A stretch of 64,000 nucleotides of DNA from Balanoglossus misakiensis (GCA_040954595.2 CM082598.2:5657097-5721096), one strand, 5' to 3'. Shown: positions 12,499 through 27,400, counted from the first letter of the stretch. Notes: generated from the letters alone by a model not told the origin. Program-made: numbers and translations.

Positions 12499-15400
12499 AT
12501 GGGCAATTTTTGTTGTAAGAAAACCAGGGCTTCCCAGAAATATGAAGAGCCACAGGTAAGTGCTTAGTGACCAGTTGAACTGAAGTTATGGGCATCTGCC
12601 TTAATTGCTGCTATTTGTCTGTCTGCAAGAGGAAAATGGTAAAGTGCACTAACAAGATTGCATGTCAGTATACTGAAATTATGCATGATTCCAGTGCATT
12701 GAAGCATTTGATGGACAAAATGCCGTCAAGTACATGTACCGTATGTCATATCAACACAGCTAAATTGTGACTGTGAAAGCTAATTGACAAATTGTCGATG
12801 CACTACAACACTTTTAATGCAGTGAAGTGCAGTTTTATAAATCCAACAGTCGCAAAACTTGCCATTTACATGGCAAAATGTTTGTGTTAATATTAACTAA
12901 ACTGTTTTGACATCTGTGAGTGAGTGAGAGTGTTAGAGGGTGATGGAGTCAGTTGTCGAGTTGATCACTGAAAATGTAATGCAAACGGTAATGTGTGGAA
13001 ACAAATGCACTTCATCAGATCGAGAAACGTAGTACATCACGGTAATTGTTCATCATGACCAATGATTTTATTGACCAGAATATGTGCTGGACACTTCACA
13101 TACTTCACAAAACCCAAACTTAAGGTGGCATTGCATGAAAACTTGTGATTTTTGCCAAATTTTACTTTTTTACATAAATCGGTAGGCCTAAGGGACCGTT
13201 CAGTTTTTACGGCAGGGGGGGGGGGCTGGCAAGTTTGTGTCATCGGTTCTCAAAATCAGGCCGACCCCCCCTTCACCCAGGACCAAAAAATGATGACCCC
13301 CCCTTTGACAGACCCAAAAATATGATGACCCCCCCCCCCCCCCCCCACGCCGAAAACATTCGCCGTCCTGATCCTATGTACACTGTATGCAATAAAGGGA
13401 ATGAGGCTCCTGACACCCCAATTATAAAATTCTTAAAGTATTATTGAAGTATATAATAGTACCGGTATATCGTTGCAATAAAGAAATTTATAATATACCT
13501 CATGCTAATACTGTGCCGTGATTCGCCAGAATCCGTCACGTGATAGGAAAATAGAATCGACTATGAACCGCTAGGGAATTAGCAGAAAAAATATAAACCG
13601 GTCACGTGACCAGCGTGAGTGCGCAGACTCGGTCACGTCAATCAGTGTCGCGTTGTCTGACACAATGGCCACCGCGGAAGATGTCGTCTGCCAACCTCAA
13701 GAGAAAATTGCAAGATTTTCCCAGCTGTTAGCATGAGGTTTATTATAAAACACCTATAGCCTGGCCTATATTCGGGCCATAGCAGCCGTTTTTACCCCCT
13801 CGTGACTGTGAGTTACCAGAATCATATGCTATTTCCCTCAGCCTGCGGCCTCGGGAAATAGCATATGATTCTGGTAACTCACAGCCCCTCGGGTGTAATA
13901 AACGGCCGCTATGGCCCTCATGGCCAGGCAATAGGTGTTCACTATGAACAAATTAAAATGACAAGTCAATACAATAGTTGATAGAATCGGTAAAACAAGA
14001 AAAGTGCCGGGGGTGGGTGTGGGAGGGGGTGTCCCCCTCCCACATAAGAAAATTTTGTAAAATACGGTGCTCAAAGTAGCAATTAAATGAACTCAAAAGC
14101 AAATTAACTCAATGTTAGGTAGGACAAATTTTAATTTTGCCACTCCACTAAGTAAGCATCGGGGGTGGGGTGGCAAGAAGTCTTCCCTGGTAAACTAGAC
14201 AAACCAGTGACGAAATGCAATGTGGCGAAGAATGGAGGGGGTGGAAGAAAATTTTGTAAAATATGTAGCGCAAAGTTACATTTTAATGAACTCAAAAGCA
14301 AATTATCTCAATGTTTGGGAGGACCAATTTTACTTTTTGCCACTCCACTCAAAGTTAGAAGATTTGGCGTCATCTTCGTCATGACATCATTTATAAAACT
14401 TCTCGTACATAGAAGATGCAGCGCGAAACTATCAGTTATGCAAAATGGTTTAAACAATTATTCTCCTTTATGCATTCACTTTGTTAAATATTATCATCGG
14501 TGGGGTAAGGGGTTAGGGTGGCAAGCACTCTGCCCCGGTACAAAAAATGAAATGTGGCGGAGAATGTAGGGGGTGGGTGTGGGAGGGGGTTAGAAAATTT
14601 TGTAAAATAAAGGGCGCGAAACTGCAATTTTGCGGACTCAAAAGCAAAAGTTCGGTGGCAAAAGTATGTGACCCCCCCCCTAAATGTGTAAAAAAAACAG
14701 ATGACCCCCCCCCCCCCCTTGTGGACTTCAAAATTTAAGTGACCCCCCCCCCTGGATTTTGCCGCCCCCCCCCTAAGGCCGTAAAAACTGAACGGTCCCT
14801 AATACTGACCCACACCCTGACTAATACGTCTTGGCGGAAATGGTGCATAATCACCCCAAAATAGCACTTTTCTGAATGAGTTCACAGCTTAACAAATAGG
14901 TGTCAACAATGCAAATAGCCGTTTTTCTCGGTTTGCATTTTCGCTGCTCATGACAACTTCGGACTAAAATAGCTTCGCCCTACGTTGGCCGAATTTGCTC
15001 AAATTTTGACAGGGAATTGTGTATGACCCATCCAACAAAACGCTAGTTTTGTTTGTCGATAAAGTGTCCCTGGCGGGAATAAACTCTGATTCAATACAAC
15101 TCACCGTGAATTTGATCAAATTTTACTAAAAATCTAACTTTCAAACGCTGTTACTCCTCAATGGAAGCAGATAACGCAAAACAAAATTACCGTTTTTTTG
15201 CATGTGTACTCTAGTTTCGAATGACATATTAAGATGCATGATGCATGGTCAACTTTTTTACCTAATTTAAATTTAATGACGTAATATCAAAAAAAAATTT
15301 TTTTCACCCAAAATCGCCACCATTTCCGGGGATCAATAATATTTGCAATTCAAACAAAAGTTCAAAAACTCAGCTTCCAGAATATATATGGTTTATGGGG

Positions 15401-18400
15401 GTTTTAACGTTGTCTTTGAAAAAGTCTCGACGGTTTCATGCAACGCCACCTTAATGGAATGTTGTTCAATGACATAAGGGACAGTTCAGTTTTTACGGCC
15501 GGGGGGGAGGGGGGGGCCGGCAAAATCCAGGGGGGGGGGTCACTCAAATTTTGAAGTCCAAAAGGGGGGGGGGGTCATCTGTTTTTTTTAAACGTTTAGG
15601 GGGGGGGGTCACATACTTTTGCCACCGAACTTTTGCTTTTGAGTCCACAAAATTGCAGTTTCGCGCCCTTTATTTTACAAAATTTTCTAATGTGGGAGGG
15701 GGACACACCCACCCCCTTCATTCTCCGCCACATTTCATTTTTTTGCTGGTTTGTCTAGTGTACCAGGGCAGAGTGCTTGCCACCCCAACCCCCACCGATG
15801 ATTATATTTAACAAAGAAAATACATAAAGGAGAATAATCGTTTAAACCATTTCGCATAACTGATAGATTCGCGCTGCATCTTTTATATACTAGAAGTTTT
15901 ATAAATGATGTCATGACCAAACATTGAGATAATTTGCTTTTGCGTTCATTAAAATGCAACTTTGCGCTACATATTTTACAAAATTTTCACCCCTCTATTC
16001 TTCGCCACATTACATTTATTCGCTGGTTTGTCTAGTGTACCAGGGCAGACTTCTTGCCACCCCACTCCCGATGCTTACTTTGAGTGGAGTGGCAAAATTA
16101 AAATCTGTCCTACCTAACATTGAGTTAATTTGCTTTTGAGTTCATTAAAATGCAACTTTGAGCACCGTATTTTCCAAAATTTTCTTATGTGCGAGGGGGA
16201 TACCCCCTCCCACACCCACCCCTGCCACTTTTCTTGTTTTACCAATTCTACTTTCTAGCAACTTTTGTATAGACTTGTCATTTTAATTTGTTCCTAGATT
16301 TCTTGATTGCAACGATATACTATATACTTCAATTACTATTAAGAAATTTATAATTGAGGTGTGAGGAGCCTCATTCCCTTTATTGCATACTGTGTACATA
16401 GGATCAGGACGGCGAATGTTTTCAGCAGGGGGGGGGGGGGTCATCATATTTTTGGGTCTGTCAAAGGGGGGGGGTCATCATTTTTTGGTGCTGGGTGAAG
16501 GGGGGGTCGGCCTGATTTTGAGAACCGATGACACAAACTTGCCCGAGACGCGCAGTACATTGTGCAGCGCAGGTATTGTCCGAGACGCGCAGCGTCGAGG
16601 ACAATACCGGAGCGTACGATGTACGAGGACATAAATCCCGGTATTTTGTGAATAACCTTATTATTATACACCTTTTCCGGACGTCCTTGATGAACGATAA
16701 AGAATAAATAGGCCGCTATCGGACTTTCTAGTTTTCAGACGCCCCCATGATGTAATTTGCATATCGAACGCGCCTTCACCTCGCGCATCAGGTGATGCTA
16801 GTGTCGAGCTGCCGATGTCTCGCGCGCGACGTTCTACGCTGCAGCGATGAACGCGCTCGCCTGTTCGTTCACACATTCCTTCGACTGAAATTTCATCGAG
16901 GATTTTGACTTATTTCGCATTTTGGGCCACCAATAATTTTGTTTAATAACGACTGTGTACTTTTTATATAATTTTTTGTGAGAGTAGGGTGCAATATCAT
17001 CATTGTTTACATCAGACAGCTGTGAGGTCAAAGGTCAAATATGCGTCCAATAACCCTGTGGGTTATGGGACTCCGCGTCCTCATTTGAATAATTATTGGA
17101 CGGTGATACCGCGAATTATTGTATTACAGAACTCCATACGTTACAGCAGTAGGTGTATAATAATATTAGTTATAGTGAGGTTATTTGTGATTCCATTGCA
17201 CTATTTTTAATCAAAATACTTTTGGTGTGTTTTGGGGATATTTCAGGTACACCCAACAGACAGTGAATCTAATGAGGGAACAGCGGCTTCACAGGAATAT
17301 AAAGAACCAGAGGTTAGTGACCGTTGAACTGAAGTTATGGGCAGCTAGGTTGTGCTAGAGGAAATATTGTCTGTCTGATTGAGAGGAAAACTTTAAATTG
17401 TAACACTAAAGTATGTGTTTCAGAATAATTAATGTCTTTCAGTATGCTGAGATTATTTATCATTCTATTGCATTCTGTTTGTGAAGAGTCATCATGGCCT
17501 TACTTTACCCATTGTATGATGTCAACTTTTTTATCCACGGTGATATCACAGTTTAATTTTTTTGATTCACTTATTCATCAATGAAGATCTTAATGTTTTC
17601 CTATATAATAACTGCTGTTTATGATTTCATATTGAGAATATTTGATAAAACAAGTGTTGCCTGTTGATTGTTACAGGTTCTCATCAATGCTGCAGGGGAT
17701 GGTGACATTGCAAAGATCCAGTCGCTAATAGCTCGTGGATATGATGTCAATGCAAGGGGGAAATTATCCCTGGACGACCTGTTTGCCGTAAGTGTTTATA
17801 TTTGCCTTTTGTACCACAATAACATAAATAAATGGTGTCTTGTATCAAACATAATTAATGGAAAAAGGGCGGCGAGGGAGAGACTTTGTCCCTTTAACTG
17901 CATATCTATGACTGCACCTCACTGTAATGAATTCCTAGAGGTTTATAGTTAAATGTCAAGTGCTTGACTCATATGCAAATTTTTAGTATCAGATTTGTGA
18001 TGTCATTTTTAGGTCCCATTGGTATAGGCATATATACCATGGGACCTTATGGGATCGGTTGCGTCTGTATGTATGTATGGATGGATGTATGGATGTATGT
18101 CTGTATGTCCGTCCACATCAAAAACTTGAAAACCGCTGCGCGTATCACCTCAATATTTGGTGTGTAGGTGCAGGCAGGGCTGTAGATGGGAGTTTGTCCA
18201 AACGAAGTTGCCAGGCCCAAAAATATGCAAATTAGCTGGAAAAATGTGAAATTTATCAAAACTCTGAAAGTCAACAACTACTCGTCAGATTGCTTTAAAA
18301 ATTGGTATGCATGTACCATATGTCAACCTCACATCGACCTGTAAGTGTTAAGTTAATATCATCGATGTTTTATTTTTTATGATTTTTTTAGTCTTTTTAT

Positions 18401-21400
18401 TAAATTTATACCTTTACTTATACCTCTATGGTTAAGCTATGTCCACATCTTATTGTGGAATTCTGGTCTGTGCAATAGTCCTGTACAGTGACTGTCTATT
18501 GGTCAGTGAGCACAATGGGGCCAAAATAAAGGCAAAATTTTGGGCTCACCTGTAACACCTGCTTAACACATTAATTATGTGCATACCCAATTCCGGGCTA
18601 ACTAATAGGGCTAGAGGTTTCGTTCTTGTGGGACATGGACCAGTATAGGGTCAAAATTTCTTGCCCAAATTTTGGGTGACCTCAGGTGACCTTTGACCTA
18701 CTTTCCTATATCTGGGCATCCAGAGCAGGTACAGACTTGGCGTTTGGAGGGTTGGGACTAAAATTGAAAAGCCAAAATATTGGTCACCTGTGACACCTGC
18801 ATATCTCATTTATTATGTGCATACCTAATTCCAGGCTAACCAATAGGGCTATAGGTTTGGTTTTTCTTGAACCTGGACCAGTATAGGGTCAACATTTCTT
18901 GCCCAAGTTTTGCATGACCTCAGGTGACCTTTGACCTACTTTATCATATCTTGGCATCCAGAGCAGGTACAGACTTTGCGTTTGGAGGGTTGGGACTAAA
19001 ATTGAAAAGCCAAAATTGGGGGTCACCTGTGACACCTGCATATCTCATTAATTATGTGCATACCTAATTCCAGGCTAACCAATAGGACTATAGGTTTGTT
19101 TTTTGTTGAACATGGACCAGTATAGGGTCAACATTTCTTGCCCAAATTTTGCATAACCTCAGGTGACCTTTGACCTACTTTTCCATATCTTGGCATCCAG
19201 AGCAGATATGCTTATTGCTATGTTGCTATGTGCTATGTTGGCTTGGGCCCGATATTGCTGCTTGCAGATCTGCTTGCAATGTCACCTGTAATTTTTATTC
19301 TGGTGTGTCACTGTTTTTGCATAATCCTCAAATGGGACCACAGTGTCCTTGACGTTATTTTTATTCTTCGTTCCAGGATTTCACAGCATTGCATGCAGCG
19401 TCCTTGATAGGTGGATTGGATACTATGAGTGTGTTGATTTCCCATGGTTCAGATGTCAATGCTAGGACTGAGGTACATGAACTAACAAGTTATTACTTCA
19501 TTATGGACAAAAAAATGACTTCATGTGTATTTATGTCTTTATGACCACAGTGATCTCTGGATAATTCTTTTATTGACATCATATGAACATTACAAAACAT
19601 TAATTTTGTTTTTTAGCTGAATAATCACTTTTGTTGGAATACCTTCATTGTGTCTAACTTCTACAGGTTAATGATAATCAACATTTATTTGTTTGTTTAA
19701 GGAAATTTCACCTTATATTTCAATTTTTGTGACATTGTTCTCATGCTCCTCCTTCATTACTTACAGAATGGAGACACACCTTTGCACTATGCAGCACAGT
19801 ATGGTGATGAAGGCCGTGTCAGATTGTTATTGGAACACAAAGCTGATGCTAACATACAAAACAAGGTAGATACCAACCTGATTTCTACAGGTTTATTCTA
19901 ATCTGATCGACATACAAATATTTGTTTGTGTGTTTGTTTGTTTGTTTGTTTTGTTTAAAGGAAACCTCACGTTACATTTGAATGTTTGTGACATTGTTCT
20001 CATGCTCCTCCTTCATTACTTACAGGGTGGAGACACACCTTTGCACGATGCAGCACAGTATGGTGATGAAGGCCGTGTCAGATTGTTATTGGAACACAAA
20101 GCTGATGCTAACATTCAAAACAAGGTAAATACCAACCTGACTTCTACAGGTTTATTCTAATCTGATCGACATACAAACATTTGTTTGTGTCTTTGTTTGT
20201 TTGTTTTGTTTAAAGGAAACCTCACGTTACATTTGAATGTTTGTGACATTGTTCTCATGCTCCTCCTTCATTACTTACAGAATGGAGACACACCTTTGCA
20301 CTATGCAGCACAGTATGGTGATGAAGGCCGTGTCAGATTGTTATTGGAACACAAAGCTGATGCTAACATTCAAAACAAGGTAAATACCAACCTGACTTCT
20401 ACAGGTTTATTCTAATCTGATCGACATACAAACATTTGTTTGTGTCTTTGTTTGTTTGTTTTGTTTAAGGAAATTTCACCTTATATTTCAATTTTTGTGA
20501 CATTGTTCTCATGCTCCTCCTTCATTACTTACAGAATGGAGACACACCTTTGCACTATGCAGCACAGTATGGTGATGAAGGCCGTGTCAGATTGTTATTG
20601 GAACACAAAGCTGATGCTAACATACAAAACAAGGTAAATACCAACCTGACTTCTACAGGTTTATTCTAATCTGATCGACATACAAACATTTGTTTGTGTC
20701 TTTGTTTGTTTGTTTTGTTTAAAGGAAACCTCACGTTACATTTGAATGTTTGTGACATTGTTCTCATGCTCCTCCTTCATTACTTACAGGGTGGAGACAC
20801 ACCTTTGCACGATGCAGCACAGTATGGTGATGAAGGCCGTGTCAGATTGTTATTGGAACACAAAGCTGATGCTAACATACAAAACAAGGTAAATACCAAC
20901 CTGACTTCTACAGGTTTATTCTAATCTGATCGACATACAAACATTTGTTTGTGTGTTTGTTTGTTTGTTTTGTTTAAAGGAAACCTCACGTTACATTTGA
21001 ATTTTTGTGACATTGTTCTCATGCTCCTCCTTTCATTACTTACAGGATGGAAACACACCTTTGCACTGTGTAGCAGGGTCTGGTGATGAAGGCCGTGTCA
21101 GATTGTTATTGAAACACAAAGCTGATGCTAACATTCAAAACACGGTAAATACCAACCTGACTTCTACAGGTTTATTCTAATCAACATACAAACATTTGTT
21201 TGTTTTTTTGGTTATTTGTATGTTTAAGGAGACCTCACATTACATTTCAATTTTTGTGACATTGTTCTCATGCTCCTCCTTCATTACTTACAGAATGGAA
21301 ACACACCTTTGCACTTTGCAGCAAGGGATGGTGATGAAGGCCGTGTCAGATTGTTATTGGAACACAAAGCTGATGCTAACATACAAAACAAGGTAAATAC

Positions 21401-24400
21401 CAACCTGACTTCTACAGGTTTATTCTAATCAACATACAAACATTTGTTTGTTTTTTTGGTTATTTGTATGTTTAAGGAGACCTCACAGTACATTTCAATT
21501 GTTGTGACATTGTTCTCATGCTCCTCCTTCATTACTTACAGGGTGGAGACACACCTTTGCACTATGCAGCATGGTTTGGTGATGAAGGCCGTGTCAGATT
21601 GTTATTGAAACACAAAGCTGATGCTAACATACAAAACAAGGTAAATACCAACCTGACATCTACAGGTTTATTCTAATCAACATACAAAACTTGTTTGTTT
21701 GTTTTGTTTACTTATTTAAGGAGACCTCACCTTGCATTTCAATTGTTGTGACATTGTTCTCATGCTCCTCCTTCATTACTTACAGAATGGAGACACCCCT
21801 TTGCATTATGCAGCAAAGGATGATGAGGAAGGCCGTGTCAGATTGTTATTGGAACACAAAGCTGATGTGACTATACAAAACAAGGTAAATACCTATACAG
21901 CCACAAATAATTGTCTGTTTGTTTGTTTATTTTTATCTCTTTATTATTTTAACATAGCGAAACTCTTCCTGAAATTGATGCTAATATACTGTAGAAATTG
22001 TTATTGGAACTCAAATCAAACTATTGATGTACCGGTATTTATAGTCAGTTTCATTCTACATTTCATGTTTGTTTTGAAGACATGTAGGGATCGTTATTGT
22101 AAAGAAGATATGGTGACAGTTTTAGATTACTCTTTCAGTTCATCTTTCAACAAACTGAAACTTATAAAGCCTATTTAGAGGAGATACCAACCACTATGGT
22201 TTCCTCATTTTGGAGTTTTGTTTTGCGTCCTTTGCAACCACTACCACCACCATTGTAGGTTGGTACTGCAGGTATGTTTTGCGGCACTGTTTATACGCAC
22301 CTATAGTCCCGATCTTGCTGTATCTCCTACATGAAGTACTTCCTTTTGTTGTTTTGCACAGGATGGCGACACAGCACTCCACATGGCAGCAATGAGCGCC
22401 ACTAGGTGGGATTATGGAAAAGTTGTGAAACTGTTGTTGCAATATGGAGCTGATCTTGACTGCAAAAATAAGGTACAATCTTCTTTTGCTTATTTCAATA
22501 TTTTATTCCATTAAACTGACACCATACGTTCGGATTAAGGTGGCATTGCATGAAAACTTGTGATTTTTGCCAAATTTTACTTTTTTACATAAATCGGTAG
22601 GCCTAATACTGACCCACATCCTGACTAATACGTCTTGGCGGAAATGGTGCATAATCACCCCAAAATAGCACTTTTCTGAATGAGTTCACAGCTTAACAAA
22701 TAGGTGTCAACAATGCAAATAGCCGTTTTTCTCGGTTTGCATTTTCGCTGCTCATGACAACTTCGGACTAAAATAGCTTCGCCCTACGTTGGCCGAATTT
22801 GCTCAAATTTTGACAGGGAATTGTGTATGACCCATCCAACAAAACGCTAGTTTTGTTTGTCGATAAAGTGGCGCTGGCGGGAATAAACTCTGATTCAATA
22901 CAACTCACCGTGAATTTGATCAAATTTTACTAAAAATCTAACTTTCAAACGCTGTTACTCCTCAATGGAAGCAGATAACGCAAAACAAAATTACCGTTTT
23001 TTTGCATGTGTACTCTAGTTTCGAATGACATATTAAGATGCATGATGCATGGTCAACTTTTTTACCTAATTTAAATTTAATGACATAATATCAAAAAAAA
23101 AATTTTTTCACCCAAAACCGCCACCATTTCCGGGGATCAATAATATTTGCAACTCAAACAAATGTTCAAAAACTCAGCTTCCAGAATATATATGGTTTAT
23201 GGGGGTTTTAACATTGTCTTTGATGAGAAATAGGCCTCTGAAAAAGTCTCGACGGTTTCATGCAATGCCACCTTAACTCCCATTTTTAAAGTTGAATCTT
23301 CACAACCATTGAATTTGAAATTCAATTTGTATGACTGTACAATTTTATCAGAATGTTTCAACAAAACACTCATAAAACAGTATGAAGTTGATGCAATTAT
23401 AATGTTCAGCAAATAGTACTTTCCCAATCCATTGTTTTTGTTGTTGATAAATTGGACTTTGGGCATTGGACTCTCTCACAGTCCCCCTCGCCGCCTATGC
23501 ATATACTTATGGTCTGGTTGCATGTGTGTCGCTACACCATGGTTCTTCTCCTTTGCTAAACGGTTGAGGGCGCGTTAGTGTACAACTACAACATGGAAAG
23601 AACCTAGTAGCAAACCGTGGGCTGTGAGAGAGTCAATACGATATTACGGTATATACAAATATTCTCGGGCATAGCATTTTGAGAGATGTAGGGTCATGTT
23701 CCTAAGAATCCTTTGACTCGACATGACGATGCCAATCCTAACACTGACTTTCTTATGGTTTTTGATCGGCTTTCTGAAATTTTTAGTTATGATGAATTAC
23801 AATGATACCCTTTATCTTACTTTTGATCTCTCATAATATACACGAATGTTCATTTCTCTTGTAGTTGTCTACATACTAGAAATGTGATGGAATCATTGAC
23901 AATTATGAAAGTTTCAATGTCACAGAAGCTGTCGGCTAATCTATTAAATGATTTCTGTTTTAAAGTATTATCTTATCAATATCAACATCTTATAAACTGA
24001 TAGTTACTTCTTTTATCCCAATAAAACTTAGACCGGAAAGACACCACTAGATGTCACTGGAAGTTACAGCTCAGCTGTTAAGGATGTGTTGTTGGATTAC
24101 ATTAGGGTGAGTGTAATTCTTCAAATTTGAGTAATACATAACCTGACGTGCAAATTCTTAATATGTATCCTGAATTAAGAGTGTCCGTAAATATCAATGT
24201 TAGTAATAATTTACTACTTAATTCATGTATTTTCATGATTTCTTTTATTCAACATACAAGAAACGAGATGAGTTCAATGACCTGATGAAGGAATCAGGTG
24301 TGGAATGCGACACTTTTAAGTTGTTCTTCGCTGGAGATGGTGGAGTTGGTAAGACTACACTGTTGAAGTCACTTCAGAGGGTATGTTTGTATTTATTTTT

Positions 24401-27400
24401 TGTGTAACAGTTCTAGTATGCCATAACATCATAATACATTCACATTGTATGTATAGTGCATATTAGGAAACTACTGGCAGAATGCCACAGGTAACTTTGG
24501 ATAATTAAAACATACGCATTGTTGATGAAATTTTGTGTACTAGGTATACAGTGAAATTGTTTTTCTTTCTTTTTTCCTTATCAAAGACTCAAGAAATAAC
24601 CCTGGGATCTGAAGAAAGTGAACATATTCCCACACCTGGTATTGATGTCCAAAGTGTTCATATTCCTGATGTAGGAAATGTCAGTGTTTGGGATTTTGCC
24701 GGCCAGGCTGAGTATTACGTCACTCATAACATGTTTCTGGGAGCACCCAATGCTGTCTCCATATTGGTGTTCAAAGCTACAGACGAGAATGGTCAACTCA
24801 ACACCTTTGAAGGTGTGTTCCCACAGGTAAGAATCTTCACAATAAATTAACTAAACATGCTTGAGACTGGAAATCCAATGAATGTATTTCATCATTTTCC
24901 ATATCAAAGACAGAAGAAACTGACCATTCCCGAAATATCACACTTTCCTTGAATTATAATCTCATATTCATGATCCCTTTAAATTTGCCTCAAAATAAAT
25001 ATAATATTTGTATAATTTATACAAATATTCTCATTTGTAGATTTTGTTTTGGTTGCGGTTTCTGAAAGGAACAACCCACATGGATAGGTATTCATTCGAT
25101 GAGCCCGGTGAAGGATACAAGAAACCAGTGGTGATATTGGTTGCAAGTCGAGCTGATCAGTTGAAGAGAATCGATATGGCTCTAGGTTGGTGTTGTCAGC
25201 TCAATCACATGCATATACTGTACAATTTCAAGCTTATTATTTAACATGTACTGGTAGGTAACATGTGTTGATTAGGGAGAAGAACATGTATAGTTTTTGG
25301 ACATGTCAAAGTTTGAAAAATAACAGCTATTATAATGTCCATTTTAAGCACTAGCTAGCTGTCATTAAGGAAAAGATTCACAGCTGAACTTTATGCCTTT
25401 GACTACTTTTCTACTTTTTTGTAATTTCACAGCTCGTCATATGCTAGACGAAGTTCTGACAAGAGCACAGGAAATGTTTCAAGATTATTTGGACATACCA
25501 AGCACCATATTTCTGGTGAATTGCCGTGATTCTACAGACGGAAACATGAAGAAATTCCGCTCCTGTTTACATCAGAAAAAGGTAACAATTGTTTGCTGTA
25601 TTCAATATTGCCTCTGAATTGTTCTACCTTTCTAAACACACAAACACACTATTCACTTCAGTTACCGTACAATTACAAGATTCAGTTTCATACCTTCACC
25701 TTGAAAAAAATGCAAAGACTCAAAGTGTTGGCAACATATTACCAATGTCTGTTTGATGACTCTTGCTTAAGCACCACTTGCAAATGATTAGGTTACATAT
25801 TTATCCAATTTTAGGAGCCACCAAAATGTGAACTGTTTCAAAATGTAACATAACATAGTCACATTTAACAAATATGTGATTACCTCCTTGTGTTTAATTC
25901 ATCACTTGTGAGACTAGCTTGACAAGTTATGCTGTTATTTAATTTTTCTTGTTGTAATTTTTAGACAGTAAAAACACTTCCAAGCGTGTGTGCCAAGATA
26001 ATGGAAAAGAAGAGGGAATTATATGATGACTTCCCAGCTCTTTATTGGATAGAATATGTGGCAAGAATCAAAGAAATATACCCCACGATTGACGAAAGTT
26101 TCTTACAAAAAGCCACCAACTATCTGCATAACATCGGCCAGGTCAGTAACAAGAAACAACATGTTGCTCATCCATTCTCTTTCAGTGCAGATACTAGGCA
26201 GAGTGAATGTGATATTTCCATCAGTTACAAACTATTTTTCTCTTCAAAAATCTGCAAAGGCAAATTTTATAATGTATTATTGTCTCACTGTATGATTGTA
26301 ATTGTTTGTGGTTTTGGATCCCCAATATTTCTTTAATCATAATAATATCACAAAATTACCAAAGATTATGTTAAGGTGACTTTAAGATTAAACTATTCAA
26401 CTTGGCTACCTGTAAATTGGCTTGTTGTGAGATTTTGAGGATGAACTAAACACATATGCATGTCAAAAATTTGTCCGATGATAATTGTTTAAACAATAAT
26501 GTATGCCCCAATATGCAATAATTGACAAAAGCACATATTATGGAGTAAATGCAATGATTTCTTTTGGCTAGGGTTGATATATCAATGAGCAGGATCATTA
26601 TGGTATTGGCATCAAATGGTTTAGATAATTCATTATCAGTGGCATACTGTAGTCCCCACTGAAGCAATAGAAATGAAATTATTGAAGTTCTAAATACAGT
26701 TGTTGTGTAATTCAGTATTTAAGGATTGTGCCTTGCATACATTCATGTATCAAAATATTTCTTTTCTTGTGTTCAGCTTTTGTATGTGAAGAAGTCATCT
26801 TCGGAAAGAGAAGATGTCGTGGTATTGGATCCAAACTGGTTGTGTTACAGGATATTTGGACCAATGTTGGCCACCCCTTTATTTGCACAGTTCTGTTCCA
26901 GATTCAAGAGAGATTGCTTTCAGACGATGGATCAGATAGAAGATGTACTTGGTGACCGTGTAAACAGCAAACTTCTGATTGACCTTCTGGAAGATTTTGA
27001 GCTTCTCTGTCATGCACATGGCCTCACAAAGACTGGAGAGAAACTTTTCGTCATACCAGGGCTTCAAGACGATGATATGCCTGAAGGTCATTGGGAGAAG
27101 AGCGAGGTGAAGACAATTTACCTTGGAAGACGATTCGAATGCCACGATAAAACAGATTCCTTTACGGCAGGCTTTTTCCCAAGATTACAGACCCGTCTAT
27201 ATAAGCGTTTCACCAACCTTGGCCATCCACCCAGTGGCTTATGGAGAAATGGTATCAAAGTGTGTCATGAAGTTGAAGGTCTTGTCTTTATGACCAATGG
27301 CAGAAGGGCAGTCAATGTCTGCGTACGAGTTAAAGACAAGAAGTCGATAGGTGAGGGCTACAAACTTCTTGAGATGGTTTCCAAAGAAGTACATGATGTC

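Noticed and set aside
19740-21890. CRISPR-like repeat-spacer array
   Set aside because: The units are spliceosomal exon-intron repeats in a eukaryotic gene, with no unique spacers and no cas genes.
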